Below, piece after piece: positions 10,658-19,012 of a stretch of DNA of 64,000 bases; within the stretch, counting starts at the first letter, position 1, and each line of letters opens with the position of its first letter. Both the position numbers and the translations under genes were made by a program. The stretch comes from Candidatus Latescibacterota bacterium (lineage in GTDB: Bacteria > Latescibacterota > UBA2968 > GCA-2709665), in assembly GCA_965219995.1 (NCBI GenBank), contig CBDCOX010000002.1, forward strand, positions 4,480,001-4,544,000, in the 5' to 3' direction. The notes under the pieces are model-generated. The model was not told the origin of the DNA, did not search any database, and saw only the letters and a list, made by a program, of their open reading frames with translations.

Positions 10658-10680
10658 AAAAAAAGCGACCCGTAAGTCGC
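10658..10680 (-). terminator. Intrinsic terminator downstream of the ferredoxin-HTH gene
   Basis: Minus strand GCGAC-TTACGG-GTCGC followed by T7. Confidence 0.65.
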
Positions 10681-10714
10681 CATGGTTCACATCACTCAGC
10701 CATCTGCGCCGCGG

Positions 10715-11227
10715 TCATGCCGCCGAGCCCGGCCGGCGCAACTCGACCCGGCCGTGTTCGAGAAGGGTGACCACCCTGGCCTCCGAACACTGCATCTGCG
10801 CGGCGACCTGCGCGACGGTCTTTCCTTCGTCCCGGTAGAGGCGCACGGCTTCGTCCCGGTCGAGTCCAGGTACGTATCCCTTTTTGCCCTTCAACCCGGC
10901 GTGTTTGGTCACCTGGATATCTCCGGTCACGTCTACCTGGCAAGCGAGGCGCAGGTTCCCCTTCAGCAGCAGAAAGCGAAGGTTCTCCCTGGCGCCCTTG
11001 ACGCTTAGGCCGTCCTGCGGGATGACCTCGACCGTGCAGGTGCCGCACAGCCCGTTGCCTTCGCAGTTCACGAACCGGGTGATTCCGTTATAGAGATTGA
11101 TGTCGTTGTCTATTGCCAGTTGCCGGAGGTTGGTGTGCGGTTTGCACTCGACCGTCTTGTCCCAGTTGGTGAACGTAACCTTGCAGACCTTTTTTCGCTC
11201 CGGCAGGCTGCCAATGAAGGTGGACAT
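10715..11227 (-). CDS. 2Fe-2S ferredoxin domain fused to a C-terminal helix-turn-helix
   Basis: CEGNGLCGTC...RLACQ plant-type 2Fe-2S motif; tail RLYRDEGKTVAQVAAQMQCSEARVVTLL is HTH-like; ATG 11227 has a GAGG RBS. Confidence 0.8.
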   Translation of the reverse strand: MSTFIGSLPERKKVCKVTFTNWDKTVECKPHTNLRQLAIDNDINLYNGITRFVNCEGNGLCGTCTVEVIPQDGLSVKGARENLRFLLLKGNLRLACQVDVTGDIQVTKHAGLKGKKGYVPGLDRDEAVRLYRDEGKTVAQVAAQMQCSEARVVTLLEHGRVELRRPGSAA

Positions 11228-11249
11228 AAAACCTCGATCAAGAAAGCCA

Positions 11250-11290
11250 GCTGTCAGCATTCAGCTCTCAGCCGTCAGCCATCAGCCAAA
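11250..11290. repeat. Degenerate heptamer tandem repeat (xxTCAGC)n
   Basis: gctgtcagc attcagc tctcagc cgtcagc catcagc; the same unit recurs at 16643-16680. Confidence 0.7.
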
Positions 11291-11563
11291 AACAAAAATC
11301 GAAAACCAGACAGCGATGTCATTCGGCAAACGTAGGCCCTGTGGGGGCGACCCGCGGGATCGCCCGCGCATTGGATTCCTGCGGCCTACAAGGTATTGAT
11401 TTTGGCCGCAGAACACAAGTGGAAAACGGCGCCGGGAACAATCCCGCCGAATATCGTTTGATGTGTGCGAAACATGGTCGAATTTGGTATATTAGAGTAC
11501 TTCCGACGGGCGGGTTCCTTCCAGGTACATCGCGACTGTCAGCAACGAAGATGCGCGTTTCCT

Positions 11564-12466
11564 ATGGACGAAAGCGAAACCATGTCGACTCCATCAGGCG
11601 AGACGGCCGTGCGCCGTGCCGTCACCTCTCACCCGAGGCTGTTCGAGAATAACCGGTACGTGTATCCCGTACTCTCGCGTCGCTCCGGGGGCGTCTCGGT
11701 CGGTATCAATCTGAACCCCGACAAGATCTGCAACTTCGACTGCATCTATTGCCAGGTCGACCGCACGGTTCCTCCGGTTTTGCGGGACGTGGACGAAGAC
11801 CGGATCATCGATGAACTGGAGGCCCTGCTGGGGGACGTCCTGAGCGGCAGAATCTTCCAGCAACCGGCGTTCTGCGGAATCCCGGACCGTCTCAAGCGGA
11901 TCAACGATATCGCTTTCTCGGGCGACGGCGAGCCCACAACCTATCCCCGGTTCAGGGAGGTCGTCGAAAAAACCGCGGACGTCAAGGGGCGGTTCGGCCT
12001 TGATGACGTCAAAATCACAGCCATCACCAACTGTACCCGTTTTCACGTCCCCGCGGTGCTCGATGCCTTCGAAATCATGCACCGGAACAACGGTGAAATC
12101 TGGGCGAAACTGGAGGCCGGCACGTCCGAGTACTACCACCTGGTGGAACGCACCCGCATCTCCTTCGAGCGGATCATCGAAAACCTCAAACTGGCCGCGC
12201 GAAGATGGCCTCTGGTCATCCAGAGCCTGTTCATGCGCGTTCACGGCGAGCCCCCGCCGGATGACGAGATCCTCGCCTTCTGCAACGTCCTCTCCAACGT
12301 GCTGGACGAGGGCGGTCAACTGAAGAACATCCAGGTCTACACGGTCGCCCGAAAGCCCGCCGAATCGTACGTGACCGCCCTGACCGACGCCGAAGTCGAC
12401 CGCATCGCCGAAATCACCAGACGAATCCTCCCCGGCATTCCCGTCGAGGCCTACTACGGCGCATAA
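11564..12466 (+). CDS. Radical SAM protein (COG0731/TYW1-related family), substrate unknown
   Basis: YVYPVLSRRSGGVSVGINL, CNFDCIYC [4Fe-4S] motif, FSGDGEPT. Confidence 0.9.
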   Translation: MDESETMSTPSGETAVRRAVTSHPRLFENNRYVYPVLSRRSGGVSVGINLNPDKICNFDCIYCQVDRTVPPVLRDVDEDRIIDELEALLGDVLSGRIFQQPAFCGIPDRLKRINDIAFSGDGEPTTYPRFREVVEKTADVKGRFGLDDVKITAITNCTRFHVPAVLDAFEIMHRNNGEIWAKLEAGTSEYYHLVERTRISFERIIENLKLAARRWPLVIQSLFMRVHGEPPPDDEILAFCNVLSNVLDEGGQLKNIQVYTVARKPAESYVTALTDAEVDRIAEITRRILPGIPVEAYYGA

Positions 12467-12584
12467 CCCGCAACTACCTACATGAGATGGACAGGATAGT
12501 AGTGCGTGCTCATTGTCACTTCTATCTTGACGTATCCACATTCCCCGCCCAATACGCACACATATCGCCATCCTGAGGCGCTCC

Positions 12585-12692
12585 CTGAGCCTGCCTGCAT
12601 TGCTTGTGCTGAGCCTGTCGAAGTAAGCTTGTCGAAATGTCGAAGGGTCGGTGTGGGTTAGTCGAAACACGGTCGCTTCGACAAGCTCAGCG
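12585..12692. repeat. REP-like CTTCGACAAGCTCAG repeat cluster
   Basis: ctgagcctgtcgaag (about 12609) and its inverted partner cttcgacaagctcag (about 12676); the same motif occurs at about 14095, 14234 and 14520. Confidence 0.7.
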
Positions 12693-12783
12693 TCCACGTT
12701 ACTGCCGGCAGGCCTTAAACGTCATGTCCTATTCTATTGCGTAGTAGTTACAACCAAAGGTCTGGGGACGATGGAGAAAAGAC

Positions 12784-13026
12784 ATGAAAACCCGTCTGCA
12801 GAAATGCGGCGACGAATTGACCGTACGTATTCCCAGACGATTTGCTGATCAGATCGGACTCGAATCCAATTCGCCGGTTGAACTATCGCTCCGCGGCAAA
12901 GAGTTGGTCATCAAGCCGGTCGCGCCGCCCGAGACGGATTTGGACGACCTTCTCGCCGGGGTGACGGAGCGCAACCTGCACGGTGAAGTGGATACCGGAT
13001 CCCCGATGGGCCGTGAAGCCTGGTGA
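12784..13026 (+). CDS. mazE: AbrB/MazE-family antitoxin, no cognate mazF downstream
   Basis: N-terminal swapped hairpin (QKCGDELTVRIP) and typical MazE tail LDDLLAGVTERNLHGEVDTGSPMGREAW. Confidence 0.85.
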   Translation: MKTRLQKCGDELTVRIPRRFADQIGLESNSPVELSLRGKELVIKPVAPPETDLDDLLAGVTERNLHGEVDTGSPMGREAW

Positions 13027-13124
13027 TGTAAGTCACTATGTTAACTCCGCTTATGCCGCAGGTGGCCTCCGCTGAGACCGCGCCACTGGTGCTCTCGGGA
13101 ACGGGATCTGGTGAGATTTCAGCC

Positions 13125-13170
13125 TTGACATTGTATCCCAAAGTGTGCATATAATGTGTACACTTTGGGA
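13125..13170 (+). promoter_or_regulatory. Sigma70-type promoter with overlapping operator palindrome for phd-vapC
   Basis: TTGACA 13125-13130 and TATAAT 13150-13155 (19-bp spacer). Perfect 11-bp inverted repeat TCCCAAAGTGT (13136-13146) / ACACTTTGGGA (13160-13170) brackets the -10; GGAGG RBS follows. Confidence 0.8.
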
Positions 13171-13179
13171 GGAGGATAT

Positions 13180-13425
13180 ATGAAAGCGTCCATTCTTGAC
13201 TTGAGGCGGAGAATGAAAGACGTCCTGCTCGCGCTCGACCGAAGCGAGGCGGTTACCATTTATTATCGAGGCAAGGAAAAGGCCATCCTGACGCCCAGCC
13301 GGCAGCGGACGCACACTTCCGTATCAGACCATACGGCCTTCGGAATGTGGAAAGACAGGAAAGATATGGCGGACGTCGGTGCGTACGTCCGCAATCTGCG
13401 CAAAGGCCGCCTGGATGATCTTTGA
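13180..13425 (+). CDS. Phd/YefM-family antitoxin
   Basis: MKASILDLRRRMKDVL...VTIYYRGKEKAIL Phd fold; overlaps the PIN toxin start. Confidence 0.85.
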   Translation: MKASILDLRRRMKDVLLALDRSEAVTIYYRGKEKAILTPSRQRTHTSVSDHTAFGMWKDRKDMADVGAYVRNLRKGRLDDL

Positions 13426-13792
13426 TACCGATGTTCTGATATGGGTATTCAAGGGTCACGAAGGGGCTGCACGAATTATTGAACGAACCGATGATCGCCG
13501 GATATCGCTCGTCACGTATGCGGAGCTGATCCAGGGTGCGAGAAGCCGCGAGGAATTGAGGGAAATCAAGTACTTCCTCAAAGATCACGCCTTTCAGACC
13601 TTGCCGCTCACTGAAAACATCGGACACAGAGCTTCCGTGTATATGGAAGAATATACCCTCAAGACCGCTCTCTCACTGGCTGATGCACTCATCGCCGCAA
13701 CCGCAGTCGAAAACCATCTGACGCTCTGTACGGCGAACAGAAAACACTATCGAGTCATCAACGAGCTCAATCTGAAATCCTTTCGGGCATGA
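13415..13792 (+). CDS. vapC: VapC/PIN-domain toxin
   Basis: MIFDTDVLI...AEL...ADALIAATA...TANRKHY PIN motifs. Confidence 0.92.
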   Translation: MIFDTDVLIWVFKGHEGAARIIERTDDRRISLVTYAELIQGARSREELREIKYFLKDHAFQTLPLTENIGHRASVYMEEYTLKTALSLADALIAATAVENHLTLCTANRKHYRVINELNLKSFRA

Positions 13793-13891
13793 AATAGGAG
13801 AGACGTTAAGACATCGGGGATCTCACGCCAGGGAGCACGAAACCTCGCGCCGATCCTCCCATCTCGACAGTTCGACTCGAAGACAGCCAAG

Positions 13892-13930
13892 AAGCCCAAC
13901 GGTCATAGCGAAACCGTTGGGCTTTTTCTC
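13892..13930 (+). terminator. Intrinsic terminator after vapC
   Basis: AAGCCCAACGGT / ACCGTTGGGCTT 12-bp stem ending in a T-rich tail. Confidence 0.8.
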
Positions 13931-14083
13931 GTCAACTTGCCAATTCTGTAGACCCTGCCGACCGGGTCACCCTCACACGTTCCACCATTAGCGCGACTGG
14001 ACGTATCGGAGTTTTTTGGCCTTCCATTTGTAGGAATCGCCGGGGATTGGAACGGCTACAGCGACGTCGCCTCCGTCCTGCGT

Positions 14084-14615
14084 GATTGCGGGCACTTCGA
14101 CAAGCTCAGTGACCACGCATAGTATTCGCCGTTGAATGGTTTTTCCCAAATTGCTAACGCAAGTAGCACAAGCAATGACTGCACCTTGCTACCGTTGGGT
14201 GGCTCTTGAAAACCCTTCACCGACCCTTCGACTCTTCGACAGGCTCAGGGCACCGCAAGCTCCGGGAGCGGCTCAGGACCCCCCTCCGGCGCGGCTGCGG
14301 GCTGGCGCCCTTGCCTTGCCGACTCCCCCTCAAGGGGGGAGTGATGGGGAGGTGGCGGCGTGGCGTCAGCTCGCGCAAACTGACAGTTTGAGTTACGGAA
14401 AAACGCGGGTAACGCTCAGGGAGCGCTTGCGAAAACGAGCGAGTCGAAGCGCGGGCATTTCGAGCATTTGCAGGCTCAAGGCGCCGGCTCACGCCCCCCT
14501 ACCGGCACGATTGCGGGCACTTCGACAAGCTCAGTGACCACGCATTGTTTTTGCCGTTGACAGGTTTTCTCGAAATTCCCAACACAAACAGCGCGAGCAC
14601 CGACCGCGCTTGGCC
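14084..14615. repeat. Diverged ~105-bp direct repeat pair (14084-14190; 14509-14615) enclosing REP-like palindromes
   Basis: GATTGCGGGCACTTCGACAAGCTCAGTGACCACGCAT is identical in both copies and similarity decays downstream; internal palindrome ACTCCCCCTCAAGGGGGGAGT near 14322. Confidence 0.8.
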
Positions 14616-14647
14616 TACCTTTCGCCAGGCTTGGAGAAAATGCTCGG

Positions 14648-15430
14648 CTACGGCCAGACCTGGGGGAAGTGTTCCCCCTCCATCAGCGCGCCGTCGGGGA
14701 CCTCAACGAAGGGTTTCATGACGTGCTGTCCGGAGGCCACGTAACGGGTTTCGTCGGTCATATAGTGGATGGCGATGGCGCGGCGGGGGCGGTGGCTCGT
14801 GTTGGCGTGCGACCCGTGCCAGGTCAGCGCGTGGTGGTAGTGCACCTCGCCCTTCCTGACAGGACACCTGACGATTTCCACGCGGCGCCCGTTCCATTCC
14901 CCCGGCATGTCCTCGTAGTTCTCAACCGACCGGATGAAATCGATCTGGTTTCCCCACTTGTGGGAACCGGGGACCATACTCATGCACCCGTTTTCCTCGT
15001 CCACGTCGTCCAGCGCCACCCAGGCGCTCACCTCCGTCATCGGTTCGATAATCGGCCACAGGGGCGCATCCTGGTGCCACATGGTGACGCCGCCCCGCTC
15101 CGCGGGCTTGTACTGGATCTGATCGTGCCACACCCGCAACCGCCTGGCGCGGGTCAGCTGCGCCACGTCTTCCACGATCCTGCGCATCCCGATCAGTTCC
15201 CGAAACGGCTCGCTCGCGGCCCAGATATTGACGATCTGCCAGACCGGCGTCTCCGGATTGCGGTTCAGGTTCCGAAGGTGGACCGGCTGCGGCACGTCCG
15301 TGCGGTCCCTTTCCGCGATGACCCGGTCCAGTTCACGTCGCAGCGTGTCGACCCGGTCGCCGTTCAGGAGCCGGCCTCCGTTCAGGAAGCCGCGCTTGTG
15401 AAACTCGGCGGTCTGCTCGTCCGTCAGCAT
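14648..15430 (-). CDS. Phytanoyl-CoA dioxygenase (PhyH) family Fe/2-oxoglutarate dioxygenase
   Basis: WHQD, SAWVALDDVDEENGCMSMVPGSH, HHALTWHGS...RRA. Confidence 0.92.
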   Translation of the reverse strand: MLTDEQTAEFHKRGFLNGGRLLNGDRVDTLRRELDRVIAERDRTDVPQPVHLRNLNRNPETPVWQIVNIWAASEPFRELIGMRRIVEDVAQLTRARRLRVWHDQIQYKPAERGGVTMWHQDAPLWPIIEPMTEVSAWVALDDVDEENGCMSMVPGSHKWGNQIDFIRSVENYEDMPGEWNGRRVEIVRCPVRKGEVHYHHALTWHGSHANTSHRPRRAIAIHYMTDETRYVASGQHVMKPFVEVPDGALMEGEHFPQVWP

Positions 15431-15471
15431 CGTCAATCCCCCATCGATGTCGGAAGTCACGTGAGTCCCCG

Positions 15472-16284
15472 CTACGGTGTGCCCGCAAGTACGGGGTGAA
15501 GCGGGTGTTCCCACGGCCCTCCCTGCGCCATCTCGTCGCCGGCACCGGCCGCTTCCTTTCCTCCGGTGAACCGGACGAAGTCGGGAATATAGATGATCGC
15601 AAAAGCCCGGCGCGGCCGATCGGTCAGGTTGGGGCCCGCGTGATGAAAGTTACATCCGTGATGAAAGGTCACCCCGCCCGCCGGCATCTCCATCGCGACG
15701 GGTTCGGCCACTTCATGTCCCTTTTGCGCCATCCTGTCCACGATGCTTTCACCCGCAACCCCGAGCGCGATCGGCTCCTGCGGGCCCAGTTTATGCGAGC
15801 CCGGCACAAAATGCAGACATCCGTTCTCGACGGTCACGTCGTCCACCGCCACCCAGGCCGACAGCGCGCCGTCCGGCTCCATGGGCCAGTAGGGCATATC
15901 CTGGTGCCAGTTGGTCGCGCGGCTGCCGGCACCGCCGGGTTTGACCATGGCGTGATCGTGGTAGATCCGTACGTGGCGGCAGGCGGTCAGCCGCCTCGCG
16001 GTTTCGGCCAGGGCGTGGTTGAACGAGTAGGCCCTTACATCCGGAAAGTCTGTCCAGAGGTTTACCATCTGGTTGAAGACCTGCTCGTACGCCTCGGACG
16101 TCCGGCCGCCGCCCGGCGCGCCGACAATGCGCTCCCTGTTGGTCTCGACGGCTCTGTCGATGGCTTCTCCGAGCGCGGCAATCTCGTCCCGTGAGAAGAA
16201 CTCCGGATACCTGATGAAACCGTTTTCCTGATAAAACGCCACGTCGTCCGGTGTCGCCGGGCACTGTTTATCCTCAACCGACAT
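15472..16284 (-). CDS. Phytanoyl-CoA dioxygenase (PhyH) family Fe/2-oxoglutarate dioxygenase
   Basis: WHQD, AWVAVDDVTVENGCLHFVPGSH, HHGCNFHHAG...RRA. Confidence 0.92.
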   Translation of the reverse strand: MSVEDKQCPATPDDVAFYQENGFIRYPEFFSRDEIAALGEAIDRAVETNRERIVGAPGGGRTSEAYEQVFNQMVNLWTDFPDVRAYSFNHALAETARRLTACRHVRIYHDHAMVKPGGAGSRATNWHQDMPYWPMEPDGALSAWVAVDDVTVENGCLHFVPGSHKLGPQEPIALGVAGESIVDRMAQKGHEVAEPVAMEMPAGGVTFHHGCNFHHAGPNLTDRPRRAFAIIYIPDFVRFTGGKEAAGAGDEMAQGGPWEHPLHPVLAGTP

Positions 16285-16434
16285 TCCTTTCTCCCCGATG
16301 GCATACCGCGTTCAGCCTCGTACCAAAAAACCGCCGGTATTCGATGCACCAAGTTACACATTGCGAGCATCGGTACCAACGGTTTTTTTTGGAATTTCAG
16401 GTGACGAAAGCCGGAGGATACGCGGCCGGTTCCG

Positions 16435-16620
16435 CTAGTATGCGATTCGATGTCTATCGCGGACGATCAATCGGTAGCCGACGTAGATCAGCAACAGCGG
16501 AACGGCGAGCTTGATCGCGAACCAGATCAGGCCCAGCGCGATTCCGATGAGTCCTCCCAGAAGAAACAGCGCCACCAGTCCGCCGGCAGCCAGCATGCAA
16601 AAACCCAGGAATTTCGCCAT
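16435..16620 (-). CDS. Small two-TM membrane protein downstream of pspA (LiaI-like anchor candidate)
   Basis: 61 aa, almost entirely hydrophobic, GGAGG RBS, same strand as pspA. Confidence 0.7.
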   Translation of the reverse strand: MAKFLGFCMLAAGGLVALFLLGGLIGIALGLIWFAIKLAVPLLLIYVGYRLIVRDRHRIAY

Positions 16621-16840
16621 CGTCGATTCCTCCACGAGAAATGGCTATCAGCCATCAAGAACAGCTATCAGCAGTCAGCCAAGAGCGCCCCCCCTGCCCC
16701 TGGGTAGACGTAAGACGTGAGACGTGAGAGATTGTCCGCCCTGTGTCGTTTCATCTCTTGCCGGAGGCGTTCAGGAAGAATCATTCGGGCATAGACGTCA
16801 TCTCCCGTCTCACGTCTCCCCTCTCCCCATCATAATGCAG

Positions 16841-17515
16841 TCAACTGTCATCAGCCAGCTTCTGTTTCATCGACTTCAGCTGCGCCTCGATACGCTGCTT
16901 GCGCGCCAACTTCTCGCAACGGTCTTCGAGGTCCGGGTCTTCGCCGGAAATCTGCTCATAGACCTCTGCCGCCGCTTCCTCGTGGTCGACCCGCCGGCAG
17001 AGCGCGTCGAACCGCTCGAACGCCTCTTCGCGAATCCGAACGGAGGCGTCGGCGGCTGGGGCGTATCCTCCCGCCGCGCGGCTTCTGACCACAAGGTTCC
17101 GCTGGCGCGTCCTGGCCTCCCGGAGACGGCGTTTCAGACGTGCGCATTGCCGCTCGAGCTGCCCGGTCGCATTCCCGGCCTCGGCCAGCGCCGTCTCAAG
17201 CTCGGCGGCCTCCGCCTCCACCTCGGCCTTCCGCTCCAGCGCGAGGCGGGCGAGGTCGTCGTCGCCCTGCGAAACGGACCGTTCGGCCGTCCGGTCCCAG
17301 GCCGCCGCATCCGCCTGCCGCGACTTCAGCCTTCGTTCGAGGAGCCGCTGGCCGGCCATGGCATCCGCCACGGCGGCCACGGCGTCGTTAACGGCGTTCT
17401 CCATTTCCGTCAACATCAGTCGCGACATCTTTTCCGGGTCCTCCATCCGGTTCAGCAGATCGTCCACGTCCGCTCGGATGATATTGGCGATCCGCGTCAA
17501 TGTCCCCGCGGCCAT
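16841..17515 (-). CDS. pspA: PspA/IM30 family protein
   Basis: LTRIANIIRADVDDLLNRMEDPEKM N-terminus, coiled coil, DDLARLALERK, FERFD. Confidence 0.92.
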   Translation of the reverse strand: MAAGTLTRIANIIRADVDDLLNRMEDPEKMSRLMLTEMENAVNDAVAAVADAMAGQRLLERRLKSRQADAAAWDRTAERSVSQGDDDLARLALERKAEVEAEAAELETALAEAGNATGQLERQCARLKRRLREARTRQRNLVVRSRAAGGYAPAADASVRIREEAFERFDALCRRVDHEEAAAEVYEQISGEDPDLEDRCEKLARKQRIEAQLKSMKQKLADDS

Positions 17516-17588
17516 GTCAGTCTCCTTTCACAAGTGGGTGAACTTTCGACTGCGACGGATGGTCTTGTTCCATCCTTCCCCCTGTGAA

Positions 17589-17605
17589 TACAAATGCCGT
17601 GCCAG
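17589..17605 (-). promoter_or_regulatory. Sigma54 (-24/-12) promoter of pspA
   Basis: Minus strand CTGGCACGGCATTTGTA (TGGCAC-N5-TTGTA), preceded by an AT-rich tract (17610-17655) and an inverted repeat at 17667-17708 at enhancer distance. Confidence 0.8.
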
Positions 17606-17747
17606 AAGTTGATTATAACGTTAAATTATTGTTTATTAATATTATAAATAGAAAATCCCAAAGAAAGGCCGCCCGGGATGTTGGCGTGAAACGCCTGCCC
17701 GGGCGGCCAAATCCGCCACTTCGAATTCGGTGAGAGGGAAGAATAAA

Positions 17748-17772
17748 GGGCAACCACAAGGGTTGCCCCTAC
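17748..17772. repeat. GTAG-type REP palindrome
   Basis: GGGCAACCACAAGGGTTGCCCCTAC; reverse-complement copy GGGGCAACCCTTGTGGTTGCCC at about 63262-63283. Confidence 0.75.
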
Positions 17773-17829
17773 ACCTGCAAGCCATCCGGAAGGTTTTTGG
17801 TGGCAGAGCAGTCTATATGATTCAGGCGT

Positions 17830-18945
17830 TCACGTTGCCACGCGGGCGTCGGCCAAAGACCTGGCCCCATGCGTGGGTTTGCCGCCGGAGCGGCGCGCCT
17901 GGATGAGTTCGGAGACCACGCTGATGGCGATTTCCTCCGGGGAATCCGCGCCAATGTCCAGCCCGATGGGCGCGTGAATCTCGTCGAGGCGCTCCCTGCT
18001 GATTCCCTTCGCCTCCAGCTCCTTCCACATCAACGCGATCTTGCGCCTGCTGCCGATCATGCCGATGTAGGCGGCGTCCGTCCATACCGCCTGTTCCACC
18101 ACCGGCTTGTCGTGCTGGTGCCCCCGCGTCACCGCCGCGATATAGGACAGGTCGTCGATTTCCAGATGTTCGAACGCCGTCTCCATGTCCAGCGTGAGGG
18201 TCTCGTCCGCCATCGGAAAGCGCTCCTTATTGGCGAACATGGGGCGGTCGTCGATGACGACGATTCGAAAACCCACGGTGGCCGCGATCCGGGCGATGGC
18301 GAACGAAACGTGCCCGCCGCCGAACAAATAGAGCGTGGGCTCCGGGCAGACCGACTCCATGAAGACCTTCAAGGGGCCGCCGGAATCGGCCGCGTACAGC
18401 GAGACCACCTCCAGCAGGTCCTCCGGAATCGTTACCATTTCCGCCACTTCGCTCAGGATCGCGTTGTCGGCCTCCGGGCACCCCAGCGACCCCACGGTTG
18501 TCCCGTCGGCGCGCACCAGGAGCTTGGCGCCCCACTTCGAGGGATCCCCTCCGGAAACGAGTGTGGCCAGCACCGCCGATTCCCGTGTCTTTCGGACCTC
18601 CGCCACGGTCTCGAGCATGTCTTCGGACTGTCCCCGGTACAGAGGCTCCGTGAAAATCTCAACGTTGCCGCCACAGTTCAATCCGTTTTCGCCCGCATGT
18701 TCCTCGGTCAGGATAAAGCGCTGAAGCGTGGGAACACCCGTTTCCATCACGTCACGGGCTTCGGCCCAGACGTCCGCCTCGAGGCAACCGCCGCCAACCG
18801 TACCCACAATCCGGCCGTCGGGACGCACCAGCATCTTGGCCTTCTTGCTCATTGGCAAGGATCCCTTGCTGGAGACAATCGTCGACAGCGCGGCGTTCTG
18901 TCCTGACGAAATCAGGTCCAGGGCTTCTGAGAACACGTCCTTCAT
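17830..18945 (-). CDS. xdhC: XdhC/CoxF-family Moco insertion chaperone
   Basis: GTVGGGCLEA, GLNCGG, FGGGHV, YIGMIGSRRK, APIGLDIGADSPEEIA. Confidence 0.9.
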   Translation of the reverse strand: MKDVFSEALDLISSGQNAALSTIVSSKGSLPMSKKAKMLVRPDGRIVGTVGGGCLEADVWAEARDVMETGVPTLQRFILTEEHAGENGLNCGGNVEIFTEPLYRGQSEDMLETVAEVRKTRESAVLATLVSGGDPSKWGAKLLVRADGTTVGSLGCPEADNAILSEVAEMVTIPEDLLEVVSLYAADSGGPLKVFMESVCPEPTLYLFGGGHVSFAIARIAATVGFRIVVIDDRPMFANKERFPMADETLTLDMETAFEHLEIDDLSYIAAVTRGHQHDKPVVEQAVWTDAAYIGMIGSRRKIALMWKELEAKGISRERLDEIHAPIGLDIGADSPEEIAISVVSELIQARRSGGKPTHGARSLADARVAT

Positions 18946-19012
18946 CAGAACCACCCCCTTCTGAATTCCGGATGACGGATTTGGGATTCGGTGAATTTGA
19001 GCATCGCCGGTC

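Noticed and set aside
9426-10838. Long antisense ORFs (also 19067-20416, 46389-48113, 52870-54441, 59471-61021)
   Set aside because: Shadow frames of real genes in high-GC DNA; no motifs or RBS.
14136-14537. 133-aa ORF in the repeat region
   Set aside because: It is composed of translated REP units (FDRLR, PPQGGS) and is not a credible protein.
14648-16284. Tandem PhyH dioxygenases as a biosynthetic cluster
   Set aside because: No accompanying pathway genes; PhyH paralogue expansions are common in such genomes.
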